A stretch of DNA of 64,000 bases from an archaeon. GTDB lineage: Archaea; Nanobdellota; Nanobdellia; Pacearchaeales; GW2011-AR1. Where the stretch lies: NCBI GenBank assembly GCA_030605415.1, contig JAUWIJ010000001.1, positions 91,514 to 155,513 on the forward strand. Reading direction: 5' to 3'. Each line of letters begins with the position of its first letter. The first letter of the stretch is position 1. Below the pieces are notes generated by a model, which worked only from the letters and a program-made list of their open reading frames with translations, did no database searches and was not told the origin of the DNA. The position numbers were made by a program, and so were the translations under genes. This document shows, piece after piece, positions 18,940 through 27,626 of this stretch.

Positions 18940-19338
18940 TTACCAGCCCATAACTCCGACAGGCGCGTCAGGCGATTGGTCAATGTTAAGCTTTTTTTCT
19001 AAGACTTCAATTCGATTTTCAAGTTTGTAAATTTTATTATCAAGTCCTGTTATTTTTTCATCTACCTCTCTTTTATTGTAACCATTAGATTCAGGAGAAA
19101 AAGAATTTTCAGACGAAGTCGAAGTTGTTGGAGACGCCGTGTCTACAAAACCAAAGAACTCTGTATTGGAGTTGACCGGTGTTTGATTGTCTGCCGTCGA
19201 CGATTTTTGATTATTACCAATTTCCACAAAACCTTCCCGATTTGTCGGAACTACAATGTCACTCTTCGGAATCCGCACCACTCCTCTCCGCTGAAGTTCC
19301 CGCACATCAATCATTCTTTTTTTCTTTTTAAAAAACAT
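18940..19338 (-). CDS. hypothetical protein with S/T-rich linker and C-terminal coiled coil
   Basis: Open ORF with upstream TATA-like TATATAAA; heptad pattern ITGLDNKIYKLENRIEVLEKKL. Confidence 0.6.
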   Translation of the reverse strand: MFFKKKKRMIDVRELQRRGVVRIPKSDIVVPTNREGFVEIGNNQKSSTADNQTPVNSNTEFFGFVDTASPTTSTSSENSFSPESNGYNKREVDEKITGLDNKIYKLENRIEVLEKKLNIDQSPDAPVGVMGW

Positions 19339-19562
19339 AATTAACTAAAGAATTTGGAGTATATAAAATATTTGATTAGATGTCACAATAGATAATTAAT
19401 TACTCTGTGTAAACTTATTTTTTACTTGTGGATGATAAGATTTAAAGCTTTCACTATTCTGTCTTGAACATCCTTTTCAATTAACTATATAAAACACAAA
19501 ATAATTATACTAACATGAAAAACAAAAAAGCAAGACTCAACAATCTTCCATGTTTTCCTCAG

Positions 19563-21020
19563 ATGAATTTTCGGAAAAGAGGATGGATATTAATTTTGGA
19601 AGCGACGATTGCAATTTTAATTGTGAGCGGAGCGTTGCTGGTAGTTTATTCTCAACAGGCAGACGAAGTAGTTTCACCAGAAGAATATTTTGAAAGTTTA
19701 CAGGGGCAAATACTGGCGGACGTTTCAGCAAGTAGCGATTTGCGGTTGAATGTTTTAAACGTCGAAGAGGAAAATTTTGGCGATGCCAATTTTAATATAT
19801 TAAATAATTTCATCGGCACAAAAATTCCGAGTGGGTTTGGGTATTCAATCAGAGTGTGTGAACTTAACGACACGACAGATTATTGCAGAATGGACACACC
19901 GACCTATATCGCGACGGTAGATAAAGATATTTACACCGAAGAAATTATAGTTGCCTCCGAGATAGGTGACGGAACCGACGCAATCTACAATCCCACAAAA
20001 TTAAAGTTATTCGTCTGGGAAGGCGAATCTTTCGGAACAGATTGCAACAATACCTGCTCACCAGCGGGCACGGTTTATAATTGCTCCAACGATTTATCAC
20101 AAGTCCTAAAAAGAACATGCGGAAATTTCGACGAAGACTATTGTCTGGAATGGGAAGGCGTGGCAGAAGTATTTGAAACTTGTGAAGAGGGATGGGAATG
20201 TGTCGAGGGTTTGGGAATATGCACTGAAGTTTCCGAATTTTTTAATTTGACTTGTGAAAAAACAACGGTAAGTGAAACGGGATGTGTGCATAATTTTGAT
20301 GACGAGTGTGATGAGTGGAATGGAGGAGGGGTGGAAACGGGAGGTTGTGGTTTTTTGGATTCTAAAGATGAGTATGTCTGTTATAATATTGAAACCATCG
20401 AGACAGATTGTCTCGAAGATCCAGAGTGTCCCGACGGTTATACCGAGGTAGAAAAAAGAGGTTGCAGTGTTTTCGTCGAAGAGTGCGAGGATGATTGCTC
20501 GCCGGCGGGACCAGTTTATAGTTGTAGTGGAGATGATGCGAAAATTTTAATAAGAACATGCGGGGACTTTGACGACGACGATTGTTTGGAGTGGGATGGA
20601 AATTTTAAGGTGTTTAAGGCATGTGGTGTGAAAGAGCAATGTGAAGAGGGGAATAGTGAGTGCGTGTCGACGTGGGCTGAGTTGAGTTTGGATTTTAGCT
20701 TACAGTCTATAATAGACGATGACCCATACACACGTTATATACATACGAGGACGTTCGAGGAAACTAACGGGGTTGGGGTGACCTTGACGGAGGGGCAGTT
20801 GTGTTATCAGGTAGAAGGAAGTTGTAATTCGGCTTCTGTAAACTATAGAATTGAGGGAGATGATGAACTGATAAGAACAAATGAATGGTTTAATACACTT
20901 CATGATTGGGAAAAATTTACTCTTAAATACTGGGGTACCGACGATAATGGGAATTCTGTTTATGTAGAGCAGACAGTGTGCGTAGAAAAAGGAACTTTTT
21001 TGTTTGATGTTGATTGTTGA
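19563..21020 (+). CDS. membrane-anchored Cys-rich surface protein with class III (pilin)-like signal
   Basis: RKRG|WILILEATIAILIVSG N-terminus and two ~60-aa Cys-rich repeats. ATG at 19563 preferred over 19515. Confidence 0.65.
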   Translation: MNFRKRGWILILEATIAILIVSGALLVVYSQQADEVVSPEEYFESLQGQILADVSASSDLRLNVLNVEEENFGDANFNILNNFIGTKIPSGFGYSIRVCELNDTTDYCRMDTPTYIATVDKDIYTEEIIVASEIGDGTDAIYNPTKLKLFVWEGESFGTDCNNTCSPAGTVYNCSNDLSQVLKRTCGNFDEDYCLEWEGVAEVFETCEEGWECVEGLGICTEVSEFFNLTCEKTTVSETGCVHNFDDECDEWNGGGVETGGCGFLDSKDEYVCYNIETIETDCLEDPECPDGYTEVEKRGCSVFVEECEDDCSPAGPVYSCSGDDAKILIRTCGDFDDDDCLEWDGNFKVFKACGVKEQCEEGNSECVSTWAELSLDFSLQSIIDDDPYTRYIHTRTFEETNGVGVTLTEGQLCYQVEGSCNSASVNYRIEGDDELIRTNEWFNTLHDWEKFTLKYWGTDDNGNSVYVEQTVCVEKGTFLFDVDC

Positions 21021-21141
21021 AATATCCCAAATGTTTTGTTATTTTTAAATATTTTTTGTTAGTTGTGCGACACAGCATGTTTTGAAGTTTATCAGCTTCG
21101 ATATAGGCAGATTTATAAACTTGGGCAACTCATATTTATTA

Positions 21142-21159
21142 TGAGGTGTTAGCACCTCA
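21142..21159. promoter_or_regulatory. perfect 7-bp inverted repeat (operator or leader hairpin) upstream of the GT2 cluster
   Basis: TGAGGTG-TTAG-CACCTCA, between a TTTATAAA box (about 21112-21119) and the ATG at 21187. Confidence 0.45.
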
Positions 21160-21186
21160 AGATGCTTAATTCTTGGAAAGATAAAA

Positions 21187-22125
21187 ATGAAAATACCAAA
21201 AATAAGTATCGGAATACCAATCTATAATGAAAAAGATACGCTAAAGCAAACGCTGATTTCTGTGTCTCTTGCTCTGAAAAAAATCAGCTTAAAATATGAA
21301 ATATTACTCTGTTTTAATGGAACTACTGATAATGGAATACAAGTTGCAAAAGAAATGAAAAATCATGAACCTAACATTAAAATTCTTGAAAGTGAGAATG
21401 GAAGAACTAAAGCAATGAAAAAGATAATTAATACGGCTAAAGGAGAGATGATTATTTTTTGCGATGCGGATATTATTGTAGACGAATATTGTTATTTCAA
21501 CATATTAAAAAAATTTCAAAATGAGAAAATTATAGCAGTTGTAGGTAACCCTATCCCCATAGAGAAAAAAGGAGTTTTATATCATATCTTAAATGCTCGT
21601 ATGATGAATTTTGGTTCAGAAATTTCTAGAAAACCCATTGATGGTTTCAAACATAAACCATTTGTCCATGGAAGAATTTTTATAATTAAAAGAGAATTCT
21701 TTATTAACAATTACTTATTTGAAGAAAGATTTGAAAATGCAATTAATGACGATATGTTTATAACACATTTAATAATATTGCAACATGGCAGAAAAGCAAT
21801 TACACATGAAGAGAATGCTAAAGTTAAATATTTACCTGTTCAATCCATAAATTCTTGGTGGCAAAAATGGGTTAGATTATGGGGAGATTTGGATTACCTA
21901 TACATTCAAAATCCAGAATTTAAGAAATTGAAATCCTTGATGAAAACAAAAATAGATTGGAATCTTATATCTAATAAACCCATATCATCCAGATTTTATT
22001 TTATAGCAGAAAGGTGTCTTCATTATTCAGGAAGATTTTATTTTAATATAACTAAAAAAGTTTATAGGAGGAAAAGATGTCTAAGGTTAAACGAGACAAA
22101 GAAGGAATTCCAGATAATGCAATAA
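21187..22125 (+). CDS. glycosyltransferase family 2
   Basis: IGIPIYNE, FNGTTDNG, IIFCDADI (DxD) and NDDMFI: GT-A fold motifs. Confidence 0.88.
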   Translation: MKIPKISIGIPIYNEKDTLKQTLISVSLALKKISLKYEILLCFNGTTDNGIQVAKEMKNHEPNIKILESENGRTKAMKKIINTAKGEMIIFCDADIIVDEYCYFNILKKFQNEKIIAVVGNPIPIEKKGVLYHILNARMMNFGSEISRKPIDGFKHKPFVHGRIFIIKREFFINNYLFEERFENAINDDMFITHLIILQHGRKAITHEENAKVKYLPVQSINSWWQKWVRLWGDLDYLYIQNPEFKKLKSLMKTKIDWNLISNKPISSRFYFIAERCLHYSGRFYFNITKKVYRRKRCLRLNETKKEFQIMQ

Positions 22126-23237
22126 AAATGACTGCTGGTCTTTCTTTGACAGAAAAATGCAATCTAAAATGTAAGCATTGCTACATTGGAGAGAAAGATT
22201 TATGGTTTGAAAAAGGATATAAGCCAAAAGAAATTACTATAGAACAAATAGAAAAATTAATACCAAAACTTCACCAAGTCAATGTTAAAAGAATTAATTT
22301 TGGCGGAGGGGAAGTTCCATTACATAAAGATTTTATTTTAATAGCAAAGAAATTGAATAATGCAGGTTTTGATATAGGACTAACAACCAACGGAACGACA
22401 TTCGAGATATACCGAGATTATTTACATTTATTTAATGACATTGGGGTAAGTATAGATTTTCCCGACGAAAGACATTCAAAATGGAGAGGCAGAAAAAATG
22501 TATTCAAAAGAGCGGTCAAAACATTAGAAAAACTTGTTGAAAGTAATATTAGAACTGAAATGAATACTTGTATTATGAATGTTAATTATGAAACTTTGCC
22601 TCAGTTGTACAAGCTTGCAAAAGATATTGGGGTAGATATGTGGAGGCTGAATAGGTTTCATTCATCAAAAAACGACGCACTAAGGTTTGGTGCAGATAAT
22701 TTGCCTAAAACAAAGGGATGTAGAATTAATAATAACTTGTCTTGTAGCATAGAGCAACTTAAAGAAACATTTGAATATTTGGCGAGCGTAACTCCAAGAA
22801 ATCAAAACTACGCTATCCCTGACCCACTATTTAGAACTTATGTAAATGGCAAAGGTGTTGTTAGGGGCAGTCCTTCTGGTAAAATTGCATTTAGAATTAT
22901 GTCTGATGGAGGAATAACCCCTAATGTATTCACTGATCAAATCGCAGGAAATATATTTTCAGATGAGCTTTCAGAAATAGTTCAAGGAGAAGTGTTTTCG
23001 CAATATCAAAAAAGAACTCCATCAGGCAAGTGTATAGGCTGTGCAAGTTATAATAATTGTGAAGGTGGAGATAAAACGGATTCATATTTAATTAAAGGAA
23101 ATATGAATTCTCCAGACCCGTATTGTTTTTTAGATACAAAAAAAAGAAATGACTTTAAATCAATTAAATTCGAGGATACAAAGTTTGTTCATGAAACATA
23201 TCTTGGAACAATTTATGTCCCAATTAAAAATGGTTAA
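22077..23237 (+). CDS. radical SAM protein with atypical SPASM domain
   Basis: CNLKCKHC, FGGGEVPL, TTNGT, VSIDF; C-terminal CIGCASYNNCEGGD...PDPYC. AGGAGG SD before ATG 22077. Confidence 0.9.
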   Translation: MSKVKRDKEGIPDNAIKMTAGLSLTEKCNLKCKHCYIGEKDLWFEKGYKPKEITIEQIEKLIPKLHQVNVKRINFGGGEVPLHKDFILIAKKLNNAGFDIGLTTNGTTFEIYRDYLHLFNDIGVSIDFPDERHSKWRGRKNVFKRAVKTLEKLVESNIRTEMNTCIMNVNYETLPQLYKLAKDIGVDMWRLNRFHSSKNDALRFGADNLPKTKGCRINNNLSCSIEQLKETFEYLASVTPRNQNYAIPDPLFRTYVNGKGVVRGSPSGKIAFRIMSDGGITPNVFTDQIAGNIFSDELSEIVQGEVFSQYQKRTPSGKCIGCASYNNCEGGDKTDSYLIKGNMNSPDPYCFLDTKKRNDFKSIKFEDTKFVHETYLGTIYVPIKNG

Positions 23238-23838
23238 AATAATTACTTTTGAAGGCTCAGATTATTCAGGAAAAACCGCTACGTTAAACCATTTAGCGAA
23301 AAAATTTAAAGAAGATAACAAATATTATTTTAATGAAGGAGCAGTCTATCCAACTGGGTTGTCCGCAAGGTTATCCTCAATCTCAAATCAATGTAATTCG
23401 TTTGAGAAAGAGTTTATTTATACTATGGGATATGTTTTAGATAGCGTTCAATCAGCCACAAATCATCCTCAAGATGAAAGGGTATTTTTTCAAGATAGAT
23501 ATTGGCCAAGTGTCGTTGCATATGGGAGGTTTTTTCATGATAGCAATTCTATACATAATAAGCAAGATTTCAGACCATTATTTTTATATCCTACTTCAAC
23601 AATTCTTCTTAGTTGTTCTTATCAAGAAAAGATTAATAGAAGTAATACTAGAGGGAGAAAATCTATTATAGATAAGTTTTTACTTAAAGACCCTTCAAAA
23701 TTAATTCAACTGGAAGATCAAATCGAAAAGTCTCTTGAAGGGCTTCCAAATATTTGCAGAATAGATACAACTGGAATACCAATCGAGGATGTAGCTTCAA
23801 AGATTAAACTTTATCTAAAAGATAATAAAATAATATGA
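23230..23838 (+). CDS. thymidylate (dNMP) kinase-like P-loop protein
   Basis: ITFEGSDYSGKT P-loop and FQDRYWPSVVAYG (TMPK DR motif). ATG at 23230 overlaps the upstream stop; ORF-track start 23149. Confidence 0.75.
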   Translation: MVKIITFEGSDYSGKTATLNHLAKKFKEDNKYYFNEGAVYPTGLSARLSSISNQCNSFEKEFIYTMGYVLDSVQSATNHPQDERVFFQDRYWPSVVAYGRFFHDSNSIHNKQDFRPLFLYPTSTILLSCSYQEKINRSNTRGRKSIIDKFLLKDPSKLIQLEDQIEKSLEGLPNICRIDTTGIPIEDVASKIKLYLKDNKII

Positions 23839-23875
23839 GAGAAACCTTTAATAAACAAGATAAATATAAAATCAT

Positions 23876-24346
23876 ATGGAAAAAAGAACGACAATTAGAA
23901 TTGGCGTAGTAATTTTGGATGGCTCTAGAATTCTAATTACAAAAATGCACAGGGAAAATTCAGAAGACATATATGTTTTGCCTGGCGGTGGAGTGGAACA
24001 TGGAGAAAGTTTGATTGATGCAGCTATTAGAGAAGTAAAGGAAGAAACTTGTTTAGATATTGAGGTTGAAAAAATTTTATACTTAAAAAATTTATATACT
24101 GATGAGGGACATTTTACCGAAGTGATAGTATTAGGTAAAATTATTGGTGGAAAGTTAGAAAAAGGAGTTGACCCAGAAGAAAAAGGAGTTGAAAAATTAA
24201 AAGCTGTTGAATATATCGATTTAAAGGATTTGGAAAATATAAATTTTCATCCAAGACAACTTAAAACACTTTTAAAAAAACATCATGAAGATAGCTTTAA
24301 TGGAGATGCCCAATATCTCGGTATATTCAAATATCCGGAGGATTGA
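23876..24346 (+). CDS. NUDIX hydrolase
   Basis: Nudix box GGVEHGESLIDAAIREVKEETCL. Confidence 0.92.
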   Translation: MEKRTTIRIGVVILDGSRILITKMHRENSEDIYVLPGGGVEHGESLIDAAIREVKEETCLDIEVEKILYLKNLYTDEGHFTEVIVLGKIIGGKLEKGVDPEEKGVEKLKAVEYIDLKDLENINFHPRQLKTLLKKHHEDSFNGDAQYLGIFKYPED

Positions 24347-25362
24347 TATTATTTAAAATGAAACATATAGTTACCGACAAAGAAAAATGCTTTACTTCTA
24401 CTGGAGAAAAATTACTATATCATACGGAAGAAATGAAAAAATTTCAAAATGAAGCGAAAGCGACTCCCATCGTTCTTCATATTATGCCTACAAGCGTTTG
24501 CAACCTTAAATGTGAATTTTGTTCAGTAAAAGATAGAAAAGTTTGTGAAATATTAAACCTAAAGACACAAATAATTCCCTTAATAAAAGAACTAAAAAGT
24601 AGAGGACTAAAAGCAGTTATTATTAGCGGAGGGGGAGAACCTTTACTTTATGAACATTTTGAGAAATTAATAGAATTTCTTTATAATAATAACCTCGATA
24701 TAGGACTAATTACAAATGGAACATTGTTATACAAATATGATAAAGAATTATTTGAAAAACTTACATGGATACGTGTTTCTATTAATTCAATTGAATATGG
24801 TGGGAAAGTGAATATTCCCAAATTAAGAAATCCGACTATGGGACTTAGCTATATTGTAACAAAAAAAACAACCAATCAAATGTTAAATAAAATTAAAAAT
24901 TTAGCTTTAGAAAATAATCTTGAATATGTAAGATTACTCCCAGATTGTGTACAACCACAAGATAAGATTATTGAATGGCATAAAAAAATTGAGAAAATTG
25001 TGAAGGAATTTGGCTCACCATTTTTTCATCAATACAAAGTTCCATCTTGCCCGAAAAATTGTTTTTTAGGATATTTTCACCCAGTTCTTTATTGTGATGG
25101 GAATATTTATCCTTGTGATTCTTTAGTTTTGAATGATCATGACAATCAGCAATTTAAAGAAAGTTTCATGATTTGTAATGCAAAAGATATAGGGAAAGTT
25201 TACGATAATTTAGCAAACAAGAGTTTAGTAGAAACGAAGACTCAATGTCCTAATTGTGTATTTGAAAGACAAAACAATCTTTTGGTTGATATAAAAAATA
25301 AGAAAATAAAAATTTCAAAAAAGAATGAATTAAAAGATATGAAACATATTAATTTTATATAA
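24343..25362 (+). CDS. radical SAM protein with Twitch/SPASM-like C-terminus
   Basis: CNLKCEFC, ISGGGEPLL, LITNGTLL, WIRVSIN; C-terminal CFLG...DGNIYPCD...CPNC. Confidence 0.9.
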   Translation: MILFKMKHIVTDKEKCFTSTGEKLLYHTEEMKKFQNEAKATPIVLHIMPTSVCNLKCEFCSVKDRKVCEILNLKTQIIPLIKELKSRGLKAVIISGGGEPLLYEHFEKLIEFLYNNNLDIGLITNGTLLYKYDKELFEKLTWIRVSINSIEYGGKVNIPKLRNPTMGLSYIVTKKTTNQMLNKIKNLALENNLEYVRLLPDCVQPQDKIIEWHKKIEKIVKEFGSPFFHQYKVPSCPKNCFLGYFHPVLYCDGNIYPCDSLVLNDHDNQQFKESFMICNAKDIGKVYDNLANKSLVETKTQCPNCVFERQNNLLVDIKNKKIKISKKNELKDMKHINFI

Positions 25363-26013
25363 ATGAAATCTCAAAAAATTACTGATAATTGTGAAGATTA
25401 TGATGAAGACTATTTCGAAAGAGGTTTATCCTCTGGGAAATCTGGATATGATAATTATAGATGGTTGCCGGAATTAACTATTAAGTTTGCATATAAAATA
25501 ATAAAAAAATTAAATTTGAGAGAAGGTGATAAGGTTCTTGATTATGGGTGTGCAAAGGGATTTCTTGTTAAGGCTCTTAGGATATTAGATATTGATGCGT
25601 ATGGTTGCGATATTTCTAATTATGCAATTAGAAATTCAGATATGGAAGTTAGAGAATATTGCAAACTAATAAGAAATAAAATTCCGTTTGCAGACGAGTT
25701 TAAGTGGGTTATAGCTAAGGATGTTTTTGAACATTTACATGAAAAAGAATTGGAGACTATATTAAAAAATATTTTAAAAACCAATAAGAATCTATTTGTT
25801 ATTGTTCCATTTGGAAAAAATAATAAATTTATTGTTCCAGCATATGATTTAGACATTACTCATAAGCTGGCTAAACCTTTGGATTGGTGGGAAAAGAAAT
25901 TCGAGAGCTGTGGTTGGAAGGTCGATAAATTTTCATATTTAATAGATGGAATGAAGGATAATTGGAAAAAATACAGTGAGGGGAATGGATTCTTTTTTTT
26001 GAAGAAAAGTTAA
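25363..26013 (+). CDS. class I SAM-dependent methyltransferase
   Basis: YDEDYF, VLDYGCAKG (motif I), YGCDIS, DVFEHL. Confidence 0.88.
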   Translation: MKSQKITDNCEDYDEDYFERGLSSGKSGYDNYRWLPELTIKFAYKIIKKLNLREGDKVLDYGCAKGFLVKALRILDIDAYGCDISNYAIRNSDMEVREYCKLIRNKIPFADEFKWVIAKDVFEHLHEKELETILKNILKTNKNLFVIVPFGKNNKFIVPAYDLDITHKLAKPLDWWEKKFESCGWKVDKFSYLIDGMKDNWKKYSEGNGFFFLKKS

Positions 26014-26138
26014 TTTCTCCAGAAACAGTCTAAAGTGCCAACCACCTCTGAACATATATTAAAATTAAAGTTTATAAGTTTTATTGCGATTGAATTTTTA
26101 TGTAACTCTGTTAACTATTCTACAAATCAATCAAAATC

Positions 26139-26588
26139 TTAAATACTTCCACTACTACCAGGTCCAACTGGCGCAGGTGCCGGTTCACTCGTCGCTGGCG
26201 CACTCGTCGCCGGCGCACTCGGGCTATCAGAACCACCACTACTTCGAGTAAGTCCATAAATAGCTCCACCAAGTAAAATTACACCGCCAATTGTTAAATA
26301 AGGATGTCTCTTTACCCAAGAATCCTCGCCCTTTTCCTCAGATGATTGTTCAGCTCCTTGATTTCGATTAACAGGAACTCCATTAACACTGCCCAAGCTT
26401 GCGCATCCACCCGCTGAAACCATCGAAAGTAATGCTAAACCAGCAACCCCGCCAGTGACATATTTTCCAGGTCTTGTATTTCTAACATAATTAAATAATC
26501 CACCTGCCTTGTAACCTCTGCCATCGACGTCATCCAAAACTCGCGACGTTCCATCGCTTGCCATCGTTTCTAAATATTCTTTTCTCAT
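26139..26588 (-). CDS. hypothetical membrane/lipoprotein-like protein with Pro/Ala/Ser-rich tail
   Basis: Hydrophobic segment ending AGGC (lipobox-like), a second TM helix, and an SAPAT repeat encoded by a 15-bp tandem at about 26186-26220. Confidence 0.55.
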   Translation of the reverse strand: MRKEYLETMASDGTSRVLDDVDGRGYKAGGLFNYVRNTRPGKYVTGGVAGLALLSMVSAGGCASLGSVNGVPVNRNQGAEQSSEEKGEDSWVKRHPYLTIGGVILLGGAIYGLTRSSGGSDSPSAPATSAPATSEPAPAPVGPGSSGSI

Positions 26589-26670
26589 GTCATCTACTAA
26601 TAATTTAACTATTTAAATCTTTCGGTTGTCGTATTTTTAGAGGGACGACGGGGAGGGGGAAGGATTAAAA

Positions 26671-27288
26671 CTAGACTATAATTAAATCGTGATCCATTAA
26701 GCAGAGATTCCACGCTTTCTGAAATCTACTTTTTGAAATTTTTTTATTTAGTCCTGCCTTATAGGGACCACTGTCATGATAAATTATTTCATCATTCCTA
26801 AATTCAGTTAAAATAATGTAGTGTCCAGAAAATTTATTAGGTTTTTTATTAAATACATCCCAATTAACTAAACATATAGGAATTTTTTCTTGTTGGATTT
26901 TTCTTTCAAGGGTTTCTATTGGTAGCTTATCTTTAATCGCAATTATTCCCGAAGAATTTTGGACTTCTTTGATAGATTTATTTAAAGCAATAAAATTCAT
27001 ATTTGAAGTTACTTTAGAACCATAAGCCTTTTGTGTGTAATTTTGTATATTCGGAGACTGAGCAAAAGTTAATCCCTCAGGTTTAATATAATACTCAAAA
27101 GGAACTTGTAACTGATGGAAACCATAAGCTATTTGAATTGGAAGAGTAATTTGTGGATCTTGATGTAGTGTCAAATTATCTAATTCCTCAAAAGTAAAAT
27201 TTCTATTTGGCAATCTTACTTTTAAGACAGATTTCATTGTAGCTTGAGCACATCTATGCCCATAGTTTTTATGTAAAGGGGTAATCAT
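26671..27288 (-). CDS. C39-like (papain-fold) cysteine peptidase
   Basis: Cys in GHRCAQATMKSVL, His in SGHYIIL, Asp in IYHDSG: the Cys-His-Asp order of C39-type peptidases. TAATG overlap with the upstream peptide gene. Confidence 0.75.
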   Translation of the reverse strand: MITPLHKNYGHRCAQATMKSVLKVRLPNRNFTFEELDNLTLHQDPQITLPIQIAYGFHQLQVPFEYYIKPEGLTFAQSPNIQNYTQKAYGSKVTSNMNFIALNKSIKEVQNSSGIIAIKDKLPIETLERKIQQEKIPICLVNWDVFNKKPNKFSGHYIILTEFRNDEIIYHDSGPYKAGLNKKISKSRFQKAWNLCLMDHDLIIV

Positions 27289-27626
27289 TATTTAGGCCCA
27301 AAATCTTTATGGCCTCCATAATATCTATCTCCCCATCCTCCTCCACCCGTATCGCTATAATCGCTATGTTTTGTATGATCCACATGTCTTCTTGGTGCTG
27401 ATTTAGTGCAGTCGCTATGACTACTTCTTTCAGAATAATTCTCTCCAGTATAATAATCGCTATGTTTTGTTCCACTATCACTATATGTCTTATTATCACT
27501 ATAGTTAAATATAAAACCGCCTCTCTCTTTCACAGCTCTTAGAATATGTGGATTTTTAATTTTATCAAATTCAATTTTATGTCCCATTATTTCACATTTT
27601 TTTGGTAACCCGTTTTTTTCTTTCAT
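27288..27626 (-). CDS. putative RiPP precursor peptide with [Y/H]-x-[D/E] repeats
   Basis: 112 aa; leader ends ..KNPHILRAVKERGG, followed by nine YSD/HSD/YSE/HVD/HKD motifs. GGAG SD; TAATG overlaps on both sides. Confidence 0.75.
   Translation of the reverse strand: MKEKNGLPKKCEIMGHKIEFDKIKNPHILRAVKERGGFIFNYSDNKTYSDSGTKHSDYYTGENYSERSSHSDCTKSAPRRHVDHTKHSDYSDTGGGGWGDRYYGGHKDFGPK

Noticed and set aside
27269-27499. Alternative-frame ORF over the precursor (76 aa) and similar short ORFs overlapping real genes (e.g. 700-927, 1206-1427, 15375-15719, 40177-40545, 52240-52560)
   Set aside because: They lie antisense or out of frame within well-supported genes, lack SD or motif support, and are expected by chance.
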